Shown here: positions 1 to 10,462 of the stretch, piece by piece
Layout of the letters: each line of letters begins with the position of its first letter
How positions within the stretch are numbered: the stretch's first letter is position 1
Source of the DNA: Enterobacterales bacterium
GTDB lineage: Bacteria > Pseudomonadota > Gammaproteobacteria > Enterobacterales > Enterobacteriaceae
DNA: 32,000 bases
Direction: 5' to 3'
NCBI GenBank assembly: GCA_015655145.1
Contig: JAATFO010000066.1
Span: 6,042-38,041 of the forward strand
Made by a program: the position numbers and the translations under genes
The notes under the pieces: generated by a model
Told to the model about the DNA's origin: nothing
The model's database searches: none
What the model saw: only the letters and a program-made list of their open reading frames with translations

Positions 1-142
1 GCGTTATTTTTTTTCCGTTATGTTGTATATTGACGATGCTTGTTCGCGCCGTATCTCTGACTGGCATTCATTCATCAGAATTCGCTTACTCGTCGTTTTC
101 TCATAACATGAATACCTGTGTTAAATAACATCGTCTGATCGC

Positions 143-1900
143 CTATTTCCAGTAACGGCGTTTTGCGTGCTGCAATTTTTCATATGCCGCCAGCAGTGCC
201 TGATGAGCCGGAAATGCCTTTAAATCGTTGTCAATTGCCGGCAAGTCATAGAATGCCGCTTCACCGCTGATCGCGGCCGAGGCAGCTTCAACGGCATCAC
301 GGCCATACATGCGTACAAAAGCACGATAATATTGCGTGGGCTCGCGCTCCGGTTCTTGTGCGAGTAACAACAAGGTTTGCAGGCAACGGTAGTAATTAGC
401 GCGCCGGGCGTTGAAAACCGAGGAGTTAAACTCCATCGTCCATTCAACCCAAATTAATGCCTGTTCCAGGTCACCGCCCGCCAGCGCCAACATGGCCTTC
501 AATTCGCCAATCCGTAAGGTGTACCAGCCAGTCTCTTTGCCGGTGGCCAAACCGAGTAACTCGCGAACACGGGTGACGTCGTCATAACCTTCTTCATCAA
601 GCCGGTCAATTAATGCGAGGTAATCCTCTTTCTTCCCGGTGCTGGCCGGCAAAGAAAGCAGGGTACTTCGTAGCACGGCGCCCATGTTATTATTGGCGAG
701 CAGCAAATCCTCCGCCGGATAAATATCAGACATGCCTGGCACCAAAATCCGGCAAGCGTATACATCCAGATGTTGATAGTCGGCGATGTAAACCTCTTTA
801 TTTTCGTTGTTGAAAATGCCCATTAATGTAGCGAACTCTTCTTCCGTTGTTCCGTCAAAATGCCAGTCAACAAAAGGATAATCGGCTTCATCTTTGAACA
901 AGTCCCAGGAAATGAGACCGCTGGAGTCGATGAAGTGCGTTTCCAGATTGGCGAGTTCGGCGACTTCTTCATCATCAAACGTTGGCGGCGTGAAGACATC
1001 CAGATCGTTCAGACTACGCCCCTGCAACAGTTCGGTCACGGTACGCTCAAGTGCCACGCCAAAATCGGGGTGCGCGCCAAAAGAGGCGAAGCAGGTGCCA
1101 TTGGACGGATTAAATAACACCACGCAGATTACCGGATACTTCCCTCCGAGCGAGGCATCGTAAGCGAAAATGGGGAAACCTTCGGCTTCAAGGCGTTCAA
1201 TGGCTTCAACCACGCCCGGGTAACGTTGCAAAACGGTTGGTGGGATCGTGGGGAGGCTAATGGACTCGGCAATAATACGGTTCTTTATATAGCGTTCAAA
1301 CACCTCGGATAAGCCCTGAACTCGCGCCTCATTCGCGGTGTTTCCTGCCGACATGCCATTGGAAACATAGAGATTGCCGATGATATTCATCGGAATGTAA
1401 ATTGTTTGCGTATCCGATTGGCGAATAAAAGGCAACGCACAAATACCCCGGTCGGCATTCCCCGATTGCAGGTCGACCAGATCGCGGGTGGTTAATTCAT
1501 TTTCCGGGTCATAAAATTGCCGTAAGTGCGCGTCAAGCAGACCCAGCGGCAGATGTCCGTCATCAGTGAAGGGGAACCATTTTTCATTAGGATAATGAAC
1601 GAAGTCACCCTGGGCAATGGATTTGCCAAGCCAAAAATCGGCGAAAAAATAGTTGGTTGACAGCCGCTCGAAATATTCACCTAATGCTGAGGCCAGTGCC
1701 GCTTTTTTGCTGGCGCCTTTACCATTGGTAAAGCACAGCGGGCAATCACGATCGCGAATATGCACTGACCAGACATGAGGAACGGGGTTCAGCCAGGATG
1801 CTTCTTCAATATTGAAGCCCAAACCGTGTAGTTTTCGCTGAAAACCTGCGATGGAGTCTTCCAGCGCGGCGTCTTTACCCGGAATAAACGTTTGCGTCAT
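143..1900 (-). CDS. ycaO: YcaO-family protein (accessory factor for ribosomal protein S12 methylthiolation)
   Basis: The 588-aa ORF spans 143..1909. From residue 4 (MTQTFIPGKDAALEDSI...) it is collinear with E. coli YcaO as I recall it, including NGKGASKKAALASALGEYFERLSTNYFFADFWLG. The ORF-track start at 1909 is a GTG. The ATG at 1898-1900 reproduces the E. coli N-terminus, so I call 1900. Confidence 0.9.
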   Translation of the reverse strand: MTQTFIPGKDAALEDSIAGFQRKLHGLGFNIEEASWLNPVPHVWSVHIRDRDCPLCFTNGKGASKKAALASALGEYFERLSTNYFFADFWLGKSIAQGDFVHYPNEKWFPFTDDGHLPLGLLDAHLRQFYDPENELTTRDLVDLQSGNADRGICALPFIRQSDTQTIYIPMNIIGNLYVSNGMSAGNTANEARVQGLSEVFERYIKNRIIAESISLPTIPPTVLQRYPGVVEAIERLEAEGFPIFAYDASLGGKYPVICVVLFNPSNGTCFASFGAHPDFGVALERTVTELLQGRSLNDLDVFTPPTFDDEEVAELANLETHFIDSSGLISWDLFKDEADYPFVDWHFDGTTEEEFATLMGIFNNENKEVYIADYQHLDVYACRILVPGMSDIYPAEDLLLANNNMGAVLRSTLLSLPASTGKKEDYLALIDRLDEEGYDDVTRVRELLGLATGKETGWYTLRIGELKAMLALAGGDLEQALIWVEWTMEFNSSVFNARRANYYRCLQTLLLLAQEPEREPTQYYRAFVRMYGRDAVEAASAAISGEAAFYDLPAIDNDLKAFPAHQALLAAYEKLQHAKRRYWK

Positions 1901-2211
1901 AGTACCCACTCTTCATTGATGGTGCGTAAAGCGCGCAATGATACGGGGTTTACCTCATCTGCGCTATCAAGCCACGAAAAATTTCCCCCCGGCTTTAGCG
2001 AGTCTCTTTCTTTATGATTTCGTGTCTTAACATGAGCAAGGTGGAACGTGCCCGACAAAATAGTGCAACGGATTGCTTTCACCCGATAAACTGTTACAAC
2101 ACATCATGCGAAAACCTGACCCGCTTCTGATAAATGATTGCAGCCGACAGGTTGCAGTGATAAAACCGATAGCAGATTCACAATGGTTAAATTTGACAGT
2201 GGTGAGGGGAA

Positions 2212-3297
2212 ATGACGCAGGTTTTCAATTTTAGCTCCGGTCCAGCAATGCTGCCGGTAGACGTGCTTCGTCGTGCGGAACAGGAATTATGTAACTGGAA
2301 TGGCCTGGGCACTTCGGTGATGGAAATTAGCCATCGCAGTAAAGCGTTTATACAGGTCGCTGAGGAAGCAGAAAAAGATTTTCGTGATCTGCTGAAAATC
2401 CCCGCCAACTATAAAGTGTTATTCTGTCATGGCGGCGCCCGTGCGCAGTTTGCTGCAGTGCCGATGAACTTGTTGGGGCAAGCTAAAACCGCAGATTATG
2501 TCGATGGCGGCTACTGGGCGCATAGTGCGATTAATGAAGCTAACAAATATTGCGTGCCAACGGTTATTGATGCTAAAACGACCATAGACGGCAAACGCGG
2601 TATTACGCCAATGCGCAGTTGGGCATTAACTGATGATGCGGCTTATGTCCATTATTGCCCGAATGAAACGATTGAAGGCATCGCCATTAATGAAGAACCT
2701 GATTTTGGCGATAAAGTGGTGGTTGCCGATCTCTCCTCGACCATTCTTTCGCGTCCCATTGATGTGAGCCGGTATGGTGTTATTTATGCCGGGGCGCAAA
2801 AGAACATAGGTCCAGCCGGATTGACATTAGTCATTGTTCGCGATGATTTGCTGGGACATGCACGCAAGGAAGTGCCCTCGATCCTTGATTACGCTATCCT
2901 GGCGGAAAATCACTCTATGTTTAACACACCACCGACATTTGCCTGGTATCTGTCCGGGCTGGTGTTTAAATGGTTGAAAGAGCAAGGTGGCGTCGGTGAA
3001 ATTGATAAAATTAACCAGACAAAAGCGGACCTGCTTTATGGCGTGATCGACAACAGTCATTTCTATCGCAATGATGTGTCCATCGGCAACCGGTCGCGGA
3101 TGAACGTCCCTTTTCAGTTGGCTGACGCCGCACTGGACGCGGTTTTCCTTGAAGAATCGATGGAAGCTGGCCTGCACGCGCTGAAAGGACATCGGGTGGT
3201 TGGCGGGATGCGTGCTTCCATCTACAATGCGATGCCGCTGGAGGGCGTAAAAGCGCTGACTGACTTTATGATGGACTTCGAACGTCGTTACGCATAA
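2212..3297 (+). CDS. serC: 3-phosphoserine/phosphohydroxythreonine aminotransferase
   Basis: The 361-aa ORF ([15 protein letters not shown]...[28 protein letters not shown]) is near-collinear with E. coli SerC. It lies divergent from ycaO and upstream of aroA, as in E. coli. Confidence 0.95.
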   Translation: MTQVFNFSSGPAMLPVDVLRRAEQELCNWNGLGTSVMEISHRSKAFIQVAEEAEKDFRDLLKIPANYKVLFCHGGARAQFAAVPMNLLGQAKTADYVDGGYWAHSAINEANKYCVPTVIDAKTTIDGKRGITPMRSWALTDDAAYVHYCPNETIEGIAINEEPDFGDKVVVADLSSTILSRPIDVSRYGVIYAGAQKNIGPAGLTLVIVRDDLLGHARKEVPSILDYAILAENHSMFNTPPTFAWYLSGLVFKWLKEQGGVGEIDKINQTKADLLYGVIDNSHFYRNDVSIGNRSRMNVPFQLADAALDAVFLEESMEAGLHALKGHRVVGGMRASIYNAMPLEGVKALTDFMMDFERRYA

Positions 3298-3327
3298 ACC
3301 CATTCAGCCTGTGTTGGTACGTATGCC

Positions 3328-3367
3328 TGAAACCTCGCCCGATGCGAGGTTTCATTGTTCTTGTTTG
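3328..3367 (+). terminator. Intercistronic hairpin plus T-rich tract between serC and aroA (possible attenuator or partial terminator)
   Basis: A perfect 11-bp stem, tgaaacctcgc (3328-3338) with gcgaggtttca (3344-3354), has a 5-nt loop ccgat. It is followed by ttgttcttgtttg. It sits 31 bp after the serC stop and about 18 bp before the aroA ATG. Confidence 0.5.
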
Positions 3368-3384
3368 ATGAAAAAAGGTTTTGC

Positions 3385-4671
3385 ATGCTGGAATCCCTGA
3401 CGTTACAACCTATTGCACGTGTTAATGGCACCGTTAATTTGCCCGGTTCTAAAAGTGTTTCTAACCGCGCGTTATTATTGGCGGCACTGGCGAATGGCAC
3501 CACCCGATTGACCAATTTGCTCGATAGCGATGACGTAAAACATATGCTCAATGCGCTTACGATGCTGGGTGTTCACTACCGATTGTCCGAGGATCGCACC
3601 GTCTGTAGGGTAACCGGTGTGGGCGGGCCATTGCAGGCTGACAAGGCGACAGAACTGTTTTTAGGTAATGCGGGTACGGCGATGCGTCCACTGGCGGCGG
3701 CGTTATGTCTGGGAAATAATGATATTGTCCTGACTGGCGAACCTCGAATGAAAGAGCGGCCAATCGGTCATTTGGTCGATGCATTACGTCAGGGCGGCGC
3801 AATCATTGACTATCTGGAACAAACTCATTACCCCCCGTTGCGTATCCGTGGTGGTTTTATAGGGGGAGATGTGGCAGTAGAGGGCTCTGTTTCCAGCCAG
3901 TTTCTTACCGCGTTGTTGATGATGGCGCCCCTGGCTCCACACGATACACACATCGAGATTATCGGCGATTTAGTTTCTAAACCCTATATAGATATCACCT
4001 TACATCTGATGAAGGTTTTCGGTGTGGTGGTGGAAAATGACCATTACCAACGTTTTCATATTAAGGGAAAGCAACAATACCAATCGCCAGGTGATTATTT
4101 GGTTGAAGGCGATGCGTCTTCCGCCTCCTATTTTCTCGCGGCGGCGGCGATCAAAGGCGGAACGGTCCGTGTCACGGGGATTGGGCGCAACAGCGTGCAG
4201 GGTGATATTCATTTTGCCGATGTGCTGGAGAAAATGGGTGCGACGATAGTGTGGGGAGATGATTATATTGCCTGCACACGCGGTGAGTTACAGGCGATTG
4301 ATCTGGATATGAACGCAATTCCTGATGCAGCAATGACTATCGCGACCACTGCATTATTCGCCAAAGGGAGTACCGTACTACGTAATATTTATAACTGGCG
4401 CGTTAAAGAGACGGATCGTTTGACTGCGATGGCCACGGAATTACGTAAAGTCGGCGCGGAAGTGGAAGAAGGGCATGATTATATTCGTGTTACCCCGCCA
4501 GAAGCCCTTCAGTATGCGGAAATTGGTACATATAACGATCATCGTATGGCCATGTGTTTCTCTTTGGTTGCGCTTTCCAGTACGCCGGTAACCATCCTCG
4601 ATCCAAAATGCACTGCAAAAACATTTCCGGATTACTTTGATCAGCTTGCTCGCATCAGCACGCTGGCCTGA
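3385..4671 (+). CDS. aroA: 3-phosphoshikimate 1-carboxyvinyltransferase (EPSP synthase)
   Basis: The ORF spans 3355..4671. The E. coli-like N-terminus [36 protein letters not shown] begins at the ATG at 3385, with aagg 6 nt upstream. The [13 protein letters not shown] motif and the C-terminus [18 protein letters not shown] are present. Confidence 0.95.
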   Translation: MLESLTLQPIARVNGTVNLPGSKSVSNRALLLAALANGTTRLTNLLDSDDVKHMLNALTMLGVHYRLSEDRTVCRVTGVGGPLQADKATELFLGNAGTAMRPLAAALCLGNNDIVLTGEPRMKERPIGHLVDALRQGGAIIDYLEQTHYPPLRIRGGFIGGDVAVEGSVSSQFLTALLMMAPLAPHDTHIEIIGDLVSKPYIDITLHLMKVFGVVVENDHYQRFHIKGKQQYQSPGDYLVEGDASSASYFLAAAAIKGGTVRVTGIGRNSVQGDIHFADVLEKMGATIVWGDDYIACTRGELQAIDLDMNAIPDAAMTIATTALFAKGSTVLRNIYNWRVKETDRLTAMATELRKVGAEVEEGHDYIRVTPPEALQYAEIGTYNDHRMAMCFSLVALSSTPVTILDPKCTAKTFPDYFDQLARISTLA

Positions 4672-4875
4672 TGATAAAAGCTAGGGAGACGCCGCCTGAT
4701 CGGGAACGTGTTTTATTTTACGTCTGCGAGATCGGGCATCGTCTGAAACTGCTGATTATTTTCACCGCTGTAACGCTTAAGGGTAACCACCAGGACCATT
4801 AGCGGCGTATAATGCGCAGCAAAATGCATCCGAGATGCAGGCAGCCATGAGTATTTCCAGCGACAGGAGAGAGAA

Positions 4876-5565
4876 ATGACGGCAACAGCCCCGGTGATCA
4901 CCATTGATGGCCCAAGCGGCGCAGGTAAAGGCACGCTATGTAAAGCAATGGCCGAGGCTTTGCGGTGGCATTTGCTGGATTCAGGCGCTATCTATCGTGT
5001 TCTGGCGCTTGCAGCACTGCATCACCAGGTGGCCATTGAGTCTGAAGAGTCCCTGGTGCCGATTGCCGCACACCTTGATGTCCGTTTTATCTCGACGGCA
5101 GGTGAGATGAAAGTGATTCTTGAAGGCGAGGATGTTTCAGGGGAAATCCGTACCCAGCAAGTGAGCAATACCGCCTCTAAAGTAGCGGCGTTTCCGCGAG
5201 TGCGCGAAGCATTATTGCGCCGTCAGCGGGCTTTTCGCGATATGCCCGGGTTAATTGCTGACGGGCGCGATATGGGAACGGTGGTTTTTCCTGAGGCGGC
5301 AGTAAAGATTTTTCTTGATGCCAGCGCTGAAGAGCGGGCACAGCGGCGCATGCTTCAGTTGCAGGAGAAGGGCTTTAGTGTTAACTTTGAGCGCCTTTTA
5401 GCCGAGATCAAAGAACGTGATGACCGTGATCGTAATCGGGCCATTGCGCCATTGGTGCCGGCACAAGATGCTCTGGTGCTGGATTCAACCAGTATGACTA
5501 TTGAGCAAGTTATTGATACGGCATTACATTACGCTCGAGAGAAACTCGCGTTGCTCCAGGCGTAA
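4876..5565 (+). CDS. cmk: (d)CMP kinase
   Basis: The 229-aa ORF begins [29 protein letters not shown] (P-loop) and is collinear with E. coli Cmk. It lies directly upstream of rpsA. Confidence 0.95.
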   Translation: MTATAPVITIDGPSGAGKGTLCKAMAEALRWHLLDSGAIYRVLALAALHHQVAIESEESLVPIAAHLDVRFISTAGEMKVILEGEDVSGEIRTQQVSNTASKVAAFPRVREALLRRQRAFRDMPGLIADGRDMGTVVFPEAAVKIFLDASAEERAQRRMLQLQEKGFSVNFERLLAEIKERDDRDRNRAIAPLVPAQDALVLDSTSMTIEQVIDTALHYAREKLALLQA

Positions 5566-5681
5566 TTGTAAAACAAATGCCTGTAACCCTGTGATACGGA
5601 GTGTCATGGGGCATGTGAAACAACCCCACCCGACAGGATGTCAGGTGGACGTTAAATTGAAGAATCCTGAAGATTATCAAT
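5566..5681 (+). promoter_or_regulatory. rpsA leader / translation initiation region without a canonical Shine-Dalgarno
   Basis: The 15 nt before the rpsA ATG (cctgaagattatcaat) contain no AGGAGG-like element. In E. coli the rpsA leader is a structured, SD-less region autoregulated by S1. I did not verify the fold here. Confidence 0.4.
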
Positions 5682-7364
5682 ATGACTGAATCTTTTGCTC
5701 AACTCTTTGAAGAGTCCCTGAAAGAAATCGAAACCCGTCCGGGTTCCATCGTTCGTGGCGTTGTTGTTGCTATTGACAAAGATATCGTACTGGTTGATGC
5801 CGGTCTTAAATCTGAGTCCGCCATTCCGGCCGAGCAGTTCAGAAATGCGCAGGGCGAACTTGAAATCCAGGTTGGTGACGAAGTAGACGTTGCTCTGGAT
5901 GCAGTAGAAGACGGCTTCGGTGAAACCCTGCTGTCCCGTGAGAAAGCGAAGCGTCATGAAGCATGGTTGATGCTGGAAAAAGCTTACGAAGAAGCTGCAA
6001 CGGTTATCGGCATCATCAATGGCAAAGTTAAGGGTGGTTTCACCGTTGAGCTGAACGGCATTCGTGCGTTCCTGCCAGGCTCACTGGTGGATGTCCGTCC
6101 GGTACGCGACACGCTGCACCTGGAAGGCAAAGAGCTTGAGTTCAAAGTGATCAAGCTGGATCAGAAACGCAACAATGTGGTGGTTTCTCGTCGCGCCGTT
6201 ATCGAATCAGAAAATAGCGCAGAGCGTGATCAACTGTTGGAAAACCTCCAGGAAGGCATGGAAGTTAAAGGTATCGTTAAGAACCTTACTGACTACGGTG
6301 CATTCGTTGATCTGGGTGGTGTTGATGGTCTGTTGCACATTACGGATATGGCATGGAAACGTGTTAAGCATCCGAGCGAAATTGTTAATGTTGGCGACGA
6401 AATCACCGTTAAAGTGCTGAAATTTGATCGCGAACGTACCCGTGTATCTCTGGGCCTGAAACAACTGGGCGAAGATCCATGGGTTGCTATCGCTAAACGT
6501 TATCCGGAAGGTACCAGACTGACTGGTCGTGTTACTAACCTGACTGATTACGGCTGCTTTGTTGAAATCGAAGAAGGCGTTGAAGGCCTGGTACACGTTT
6601 CCGAAATGGACTGGACTAACAAAAATATCCATCCGTCCAAAGTGGTTAACGTGGGTGATGTTGTCGAAGTGATGGTTCTGGATATCGATGAAGAACGTCG
6701 TCGTATCTCCCTGGGCCTGAAACAGTGTAAAGCGAATCCGTGGCAGCAGTTTGCAGAAACGCACAATAAAGGCGATCGTGTTGAAGGTAAGATCAAGTCA
6801 ATCACTGACTTCGGTATCTTCATCGGCCTGGACGGCGGTATCGACGGCCTGGTTCACCTGTCTGACATTTCCTGGAATGCAACAGGCGAAGAAGCGGTTC
6901 GTGAATACAAGAAAGGTGACGAAATCGCGGCAGTTGTATTACAGGTTGATGCTGAACGTGAACGTATCTCTTTAGGTGTTAAACAACTGGCAGAAGATCC
7001 GTTTAACAACTATGTGGCGCTGAATAAGAAAGGCACCATTGTTACCGGCAAAGTCACTGCAGTTGACGCGAAAGGTGCTACAGTAGAATTAGCGGACGGC
7101 GTTGAAGGTTATCTGCGTGCTTCTGAAGCTTCACGTGATCGCGTTGAAGACGCAACGCTGGTGTTGAATGTTGGCGACGATGTTGAAGCTAAATTCACCG
7201 GTGTTGATCGTAAAAACCGCGTAGTTAGCTTGTCTGTTCGTGCGAAAGACGAAGCTGATGAGAAAGATGCCATCGCAACTGTTAACAACAGTAGTAAACA
7301 GGAAGAAGGCAGTAATTTCTCCAGCGCAATGGCTGAAGCGTTTAAAGCGGCTAAAGGCGAGTAA
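5682..7364 (+). CDS. rpsA: 30S ribosomal protein S1
   Basis: The 560-aa ORF ([34 protein letters not shown]...) contains repeated S1 domains and the C-terminus [12 protein letters not shown]. It is near-identical in layout to E. coli S1. Confidence 0.97.
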   Translation: MTESFAQLFEESLKEIETRPGSIVRGVVVAIDKDIVLVDAGLKSESAIPAEQFRNAQGELEIQVGDEVDVALDAVEDGFGETLLSREKAKRHEAWLMLEKAYEEAATVIGIINGKVKGGFTVELNGIRAFLPGSLVDVRPVRDTLHLEGKELEFKVIKLDQKRNNVVVSRRAVIESENSAERDQLLENLQEGMEVKGIVKNLTDYGAFVDLGGVDGLLHITDMAWKRVKHPSEIVNVGDEITVKVLKFDRERTRVSLGLKQLGEDPWVAIAKRYPEGTRLTGRVTNLTDYGCFVEIEEGVEGLVHVSEMDWTNKNIHPSKVVNVGDVVEVMVLDIDEERRRISLGLKQCKANPWQQFAETHNKGDRVEGKIKSITDFGIFIGLDGGIDGLVHLSDISWNATGEEAVREYKKGDEIAAVVLQVDAERERISLGVKQLAEDPFNNYVALNKKGTIVTGKVTAVDAKGATVELADGVEGYLRASEASRDRVEDATLVLNVGDDVEAKFTGVDRKNRVVSLSVRAKDEADEKDAIATVNNSSKQEEGSNFSSAMAEAFKAAKGE

Positions 7365-7437
7365 TCGCCCTGAATATCTGTGATAGTGGTGCGTTAGCTG
7401 TCAGAATTTTTTTCAACAAGGATTAACCGGAGGATTT

Positions 7438-7722
7438 ATGACTAAGTCAGAACTGATTGAGCGGCTTTCGGGCCAACAAACTCATATTCCGGCGAAAGTC
7501 GTTGAAGATGCGGTGAAGGAGATGCTTGAGCACATGGTCACAACGCTGGCCGAGGGCGAACGCATTGAAATCCGGGGATTCGGCAGCTTCTCTTTGCATT
7601 ACCGTGCACCTCGCACTGGTCGTAACCCGAAAACGGGTGATAAAGTGGATCTGGAAGGTAAATATGTTCCCCACTTTAAACCAGGTAAAGAATTACGCGA
7701 TCGTGCCAATATCTACGGTTAA
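7438..7722 (+). CDS. ihfB: Integration host factor subunit beta
   Basis: The 94-aa ORF reads [10 protein letters not shown]...[25 protein letters not shown]...[15 protein letters not shown] ggagg sits 6 nt upstream of the ATG. Confidence 0.97.
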   Translation: MTKSELIERLSGQQTHIPAKVVEDAVKEMLEHMVTTLAEGERIEIRGFGSFSLHYRAPRTGRNPKTGDKVDLEGKYVPHFKPGKELRDRANIYG

Positions 7723-7808
7723 GCAACCACGAAGCAGAAACGTTAAAACGACGCGTTGATGTTAATGCCGATCAGTTGAGGATCCGTTAGCCGATCTTTA
7801 TACTGTGT

Positions 7809-7846
7809 AAAAATCCGGAAATGTTCTCATTTCCGGATTTTTTTAT
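7809..7846 (+). terminator. Rho-independent terminator downstream of ihfB
   Basis: The stem aaaaatccggaaatg / catttccggattttt is about 15 bp and perfect, with loop ttct, and it runs into a T-tract. Confidence 0.8.
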
Positions 7847-8156
7847 GCAAAATTTACCGATTTCTGTCCACGCCACGTAACCGGTGAAGATCATATCTCT
7901 ATCCACAACCTGTGATCCACCCTCGTGCCCACACGATTTCCTCTTTCTCTGAAAACCTTGCCGGTCAGTGATTTGTTGCTGGCTTTAAGCCTTTTTCTTT
8001 GGCAACGATGGGCCATGTTGCGGCATGTCTCACACGTAATTTCTGCAGGAAATGTAAAACATACTCTTTTCTGAACATGTCTCTACATTCTGAATAATCA
8101 CAGCAGCAAGGCATGCGAATGACTGTCAGAATCACGGTTGTCAACAACAGGGATAG

Positions 8157-10427
8157 GTGACGATGGCCAAATCAGTGACACAACTCGCATGGGTAATTAT
8201 TAGTGGGATACTGCCTCTTCATCTGTTGCCAGAAATACCGGGCGTTGGTAATGAACTTCTGTTGATTATCGCCATTCTCTTGTTACTCATCTTGCCATGG
8301 CGCCTGACAAAAATGATTGCGCTGGCGTTGTTGGTTTTCCTCTGGGTTATCAGTGAAGCCAGACATGTTGAGCAACAGATTCGGCTGTTCAGTGAGGGGG
8401 AAATGTTAACTGATGTGCGCATTGACAGTGCAACACCCGGCGATAATAAGACGCGGGTTCAGCTACTACGCTATGCAGGGCAGCCGATCTTTCCACCGCT
8501 TTACGCCATTATTTATGATATCAAAACGGCATTACCCGTTTGTGAAGGGCAACGCTGGCAAATGACATTGCGTTTACGTCCGGTACATGCCCGGCTAAAT
8601 GAAGGGGAGTTTGATCGACAACGGTTTATGCTGGCTAACTCAACGCCGTTGACCGGTAAAGCCATCGCACTTACGCCACTCAATCTGTCTTGCGGCTGGC
8701 GTCAGCAAATTATGGCGCAGAGTCATTTGCAGTATGCTCATCTGCCATGGCAGGCGATTATCACCGCGCTTGCTTTTGGCGAACGTACCGATGTTAGCGC
8801 AGAAATTAATCAATTATTACGTGAGACGGGTACGGCTCACCTGATGGCGATATCTGGGTTGCATATTGCACTTGCCGCCAGCTGCGGCTGGTTGCTTGCA
8901 CGAATTATTCAGTTATTTTTCCCGGCGTCATGGATCGGCTTTCGTTTTCCGTTGCTGTTTAATCTTGTGGTGGGTGCGCTCTATGTGTGGCTGTCTGGCT
9001 GTCAACCCCCCGCAGTACGCACGCTGGTGGGACTTTGTGTATGGTGTGTTATACGCCTGATGGCTGTTCAGTGTCGGGGAGGGCAAGTCTGGAGCCTCTG
9101 TGTGGCGGGGATCTTATTGTTCGAGCCCTTCAGCGTATTTTCTGACAGTTTCTGGTTATCGGCGCTGGCTGCGGGGTCGTTACTTATTTGGTGCCAGCAC
9201 TTTGCATTACCGGCAGCAATGGCCTCACGTCGGCGATGGGTGTGGTTACGCTTGCTGCATTTGCAAGCAGGAATCACCTTGTTATTAATGCCGATTCAAG
9301 CCTGGCTTTTCCATGGCATAAGTTTAAGTTCATTAGTAGCGAATTTATGGGCAGTCCCGCTGGTGTCATTTGTCAGTGTCCCGTTAATTCTTTGTGGGAT
9401 TCTGTTGAGTCCATTTCCCATTCTGAGCCGTCCTTTTTGGCTGTTGGCGAATAGTTCTCTGGAGGTGGTTTTTGTGCCATTGCAGGCATTGCCATCAGGG
9501 TGGGTCGCTTTTAGCCATGATGCTGAATTGCTTTGCCTGTTGTGTTGGCTGGTGGCGCTGTGCTGGCGTTTTGGCTGGTTATGGTGTTCACCCGTCGCTG
9601 TCATTAGCGCCATTATGGCGCTGGATCAACTACGGATGGCGGGTTCGGCACCCACATGGCGGTTAGATATGCTGGATGTCGGACATGGGCTGGCCGTGGT
9701 TATCTCACAAAATAATCAGGCGATATTATATGATACCGGCAATCGCTGGCCGCGTGGCGATGTAGGGAAAAATGTGATTGCCCCCTGGCTACGCTGGCAT
9801 GGGCTGACATTACAGCAGGTCGTTCTCAGTCACGGGCACCTGGATCATACCGGCGGGCTGGCCAGTTTACAGCAGCTTTTTCCACAAGCCAGTGTTCGCA
9901 GTGCGTTAGGCAAGGAAAAACATTTACCGTGTCAGCGAGGGGTTACATGGCAATGGCAACGTTTGACATTCCATGCGTTATGGCCGGAGGAAGGGAAAAC
10001 GGCAGGGGGCAATAATGATTCTTGTGTGTTGTTGGTGACAGACGGCACGCACCGGGTGTTATTAACCGGCGATCTGGAAGCGGTTGCTGAACGCGCCCTG
10101 GTGGCACAGGCCAGACAATCATTGCGTGCCGATATTATTCAGGTGCCGCATCACGGCAGCCGCACCTCGTCATCGCCGCCGTTCTTACGGGCGGTGAGCG
10201 CAAAGGTTGCGCTGGCATCGGTTGCCCGCTACAACGGCTGGCGCTTGCCTGCGAAGAATATCATTGCTCGTTATCGTCATAATGGCTCTGACTGGTATGA
10301 TACGGCACTTTCCGGGCAACTTAGTGTGCGATTTTATCCTGATAAATGGCAAGTTTTGGGCTTACGTGAGCAAATATTACCCCGTTGGTATCATCAGTGG
10401 TTTGGCGTACCCCGGGATTCCCGGTAG
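8157..10427 (+). CDS. ycaI: ComEC/Rec2-family DNA internalization channel protein (YcaI)
   Basis: The 756-aa polytopic membrane ORF has a C-terminal metallo-beta-lactamase-like domain (MLDVGHGLA...LSHGHLDHTGG...VPHHGS) and the ending REQILPRWYHQWFGVP, as in E. coli YcaI. The start is uncertain: GTG at 8157 or ATG at 8163. Confidence 0.85.
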   Translation: MTMAKSVTQLAWVIISGILPLHLLPEIPGVGNELLLIIAILLLLILPWRLTKMIALALLVFLWVISEARHVEQQIRLFSEGEMLTDVRIDSATPGDNKTRVQLLRYAGQPIFPPLYAIIYDIKTALPVCEGQRWQMTLRLRPVHARLNEGEFDRQRFMLANSTPLTGKAIALTPLNLSCGWRQQIMAQSHLQYAHLPWQAIITALAFGERTDVSAEINQLLRETGTAHLMAISGLHIALAASCGWLLARIIQLFFPASWIGFRFPLLFNLVVGALYVWLSGCQPPAVRTLVGLCVWCVIRLMAVQCRGGQVWSLCVAGILLFEPFSVFSDSFWLSALAAGSLLIWCQHFALPAAMASRRRWVWLRLLHLQAGITLLLMPIQAWLFHGISLSSLVANLWAVPLVSFVSVPLILCGILLSPFPILSRPFWLLANSSLEVVFVPLQALPSGWVAFSHDAELLCLLCWLVALCWRFGWLWCSPVAVISAIMALDQLRMAGSAPTWRLDMLDVGHGLAVVISQNNQAILYDTGNRWPRGDVGKNVIAPWLRWHGLTLQQVVLSHGHLDHTGGLASLQQLFPQASVRSALGKEKHLPCQRGVTWQWQRLTFHALWPEEGKTAGGNNDSCVLLVTDGTHRVLLTGDLEAVAERALVAQARQSLRADIIQVPHHGSRTSSSPPFLRAVSAKVALASVARYNGWRLPAKNIIARYRHNGSDWYDTALSGQLSVRFYPDKWQVLGLREQILPRWYHQWFGVPRDSR

Positions 10428-10462
10428 AATGAGCGGCTATTTCATCCAATGCTGGTTATATA

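Noticed and set aside
1-142. Possible FNR/ArcA sites of a downstream focA-pflB promoter region beyond ycaO.
   Set aside because: I found no good TTGAT-N4-ATCAA match in the 142 bp available, and the neighbouring gene is outside the window, so nothing can be supported.
6207-6764. 185-aa antisense ORF inside rpsA. Similar long antisense ORFs occur at 20895-21485 (mukB), 18189-18662 (mukF), 2827-3303 (serC), 12766-13128 (lpxK), and 28583-28942 and 28714-29136 (aspC).
   Set aside because: These are typical shadow ORFs opposite or out of frame with highly constrained genes. They have low-complexity or odd amino-acid composition, no RBS, and no recognisable motifs.
7365-7437. Possible terminator between rpsA and ihfB (…gctgtcagaattttttt).
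   Set aside because: A T-run is present, but I could not build a convincing stem upstream of it (only about 4-5 bp). I left it unannotated. ihfB may be co-transcribed with rpsA as well as from its own promoter.
8114-8130. Possible CRP-S (Sxy-dependent) site tgcga-atgact-gtcag upstream of ycaI.
   Set aside because: Only the left half-site matches TGCGA. The right half does not match TCGCA or TCACA at the required 6-bp spacing. The site is also only about 40 bp from the start codon.
7965-8147. 60-aa ORF (-) in the ihfB-ycaI spacer.
   Set aside because: It has a TTG start, no SD, odd composition (CCCDYSEC...), and runs antisense into the ycaI promoter region. It is most likely a chance ORF.
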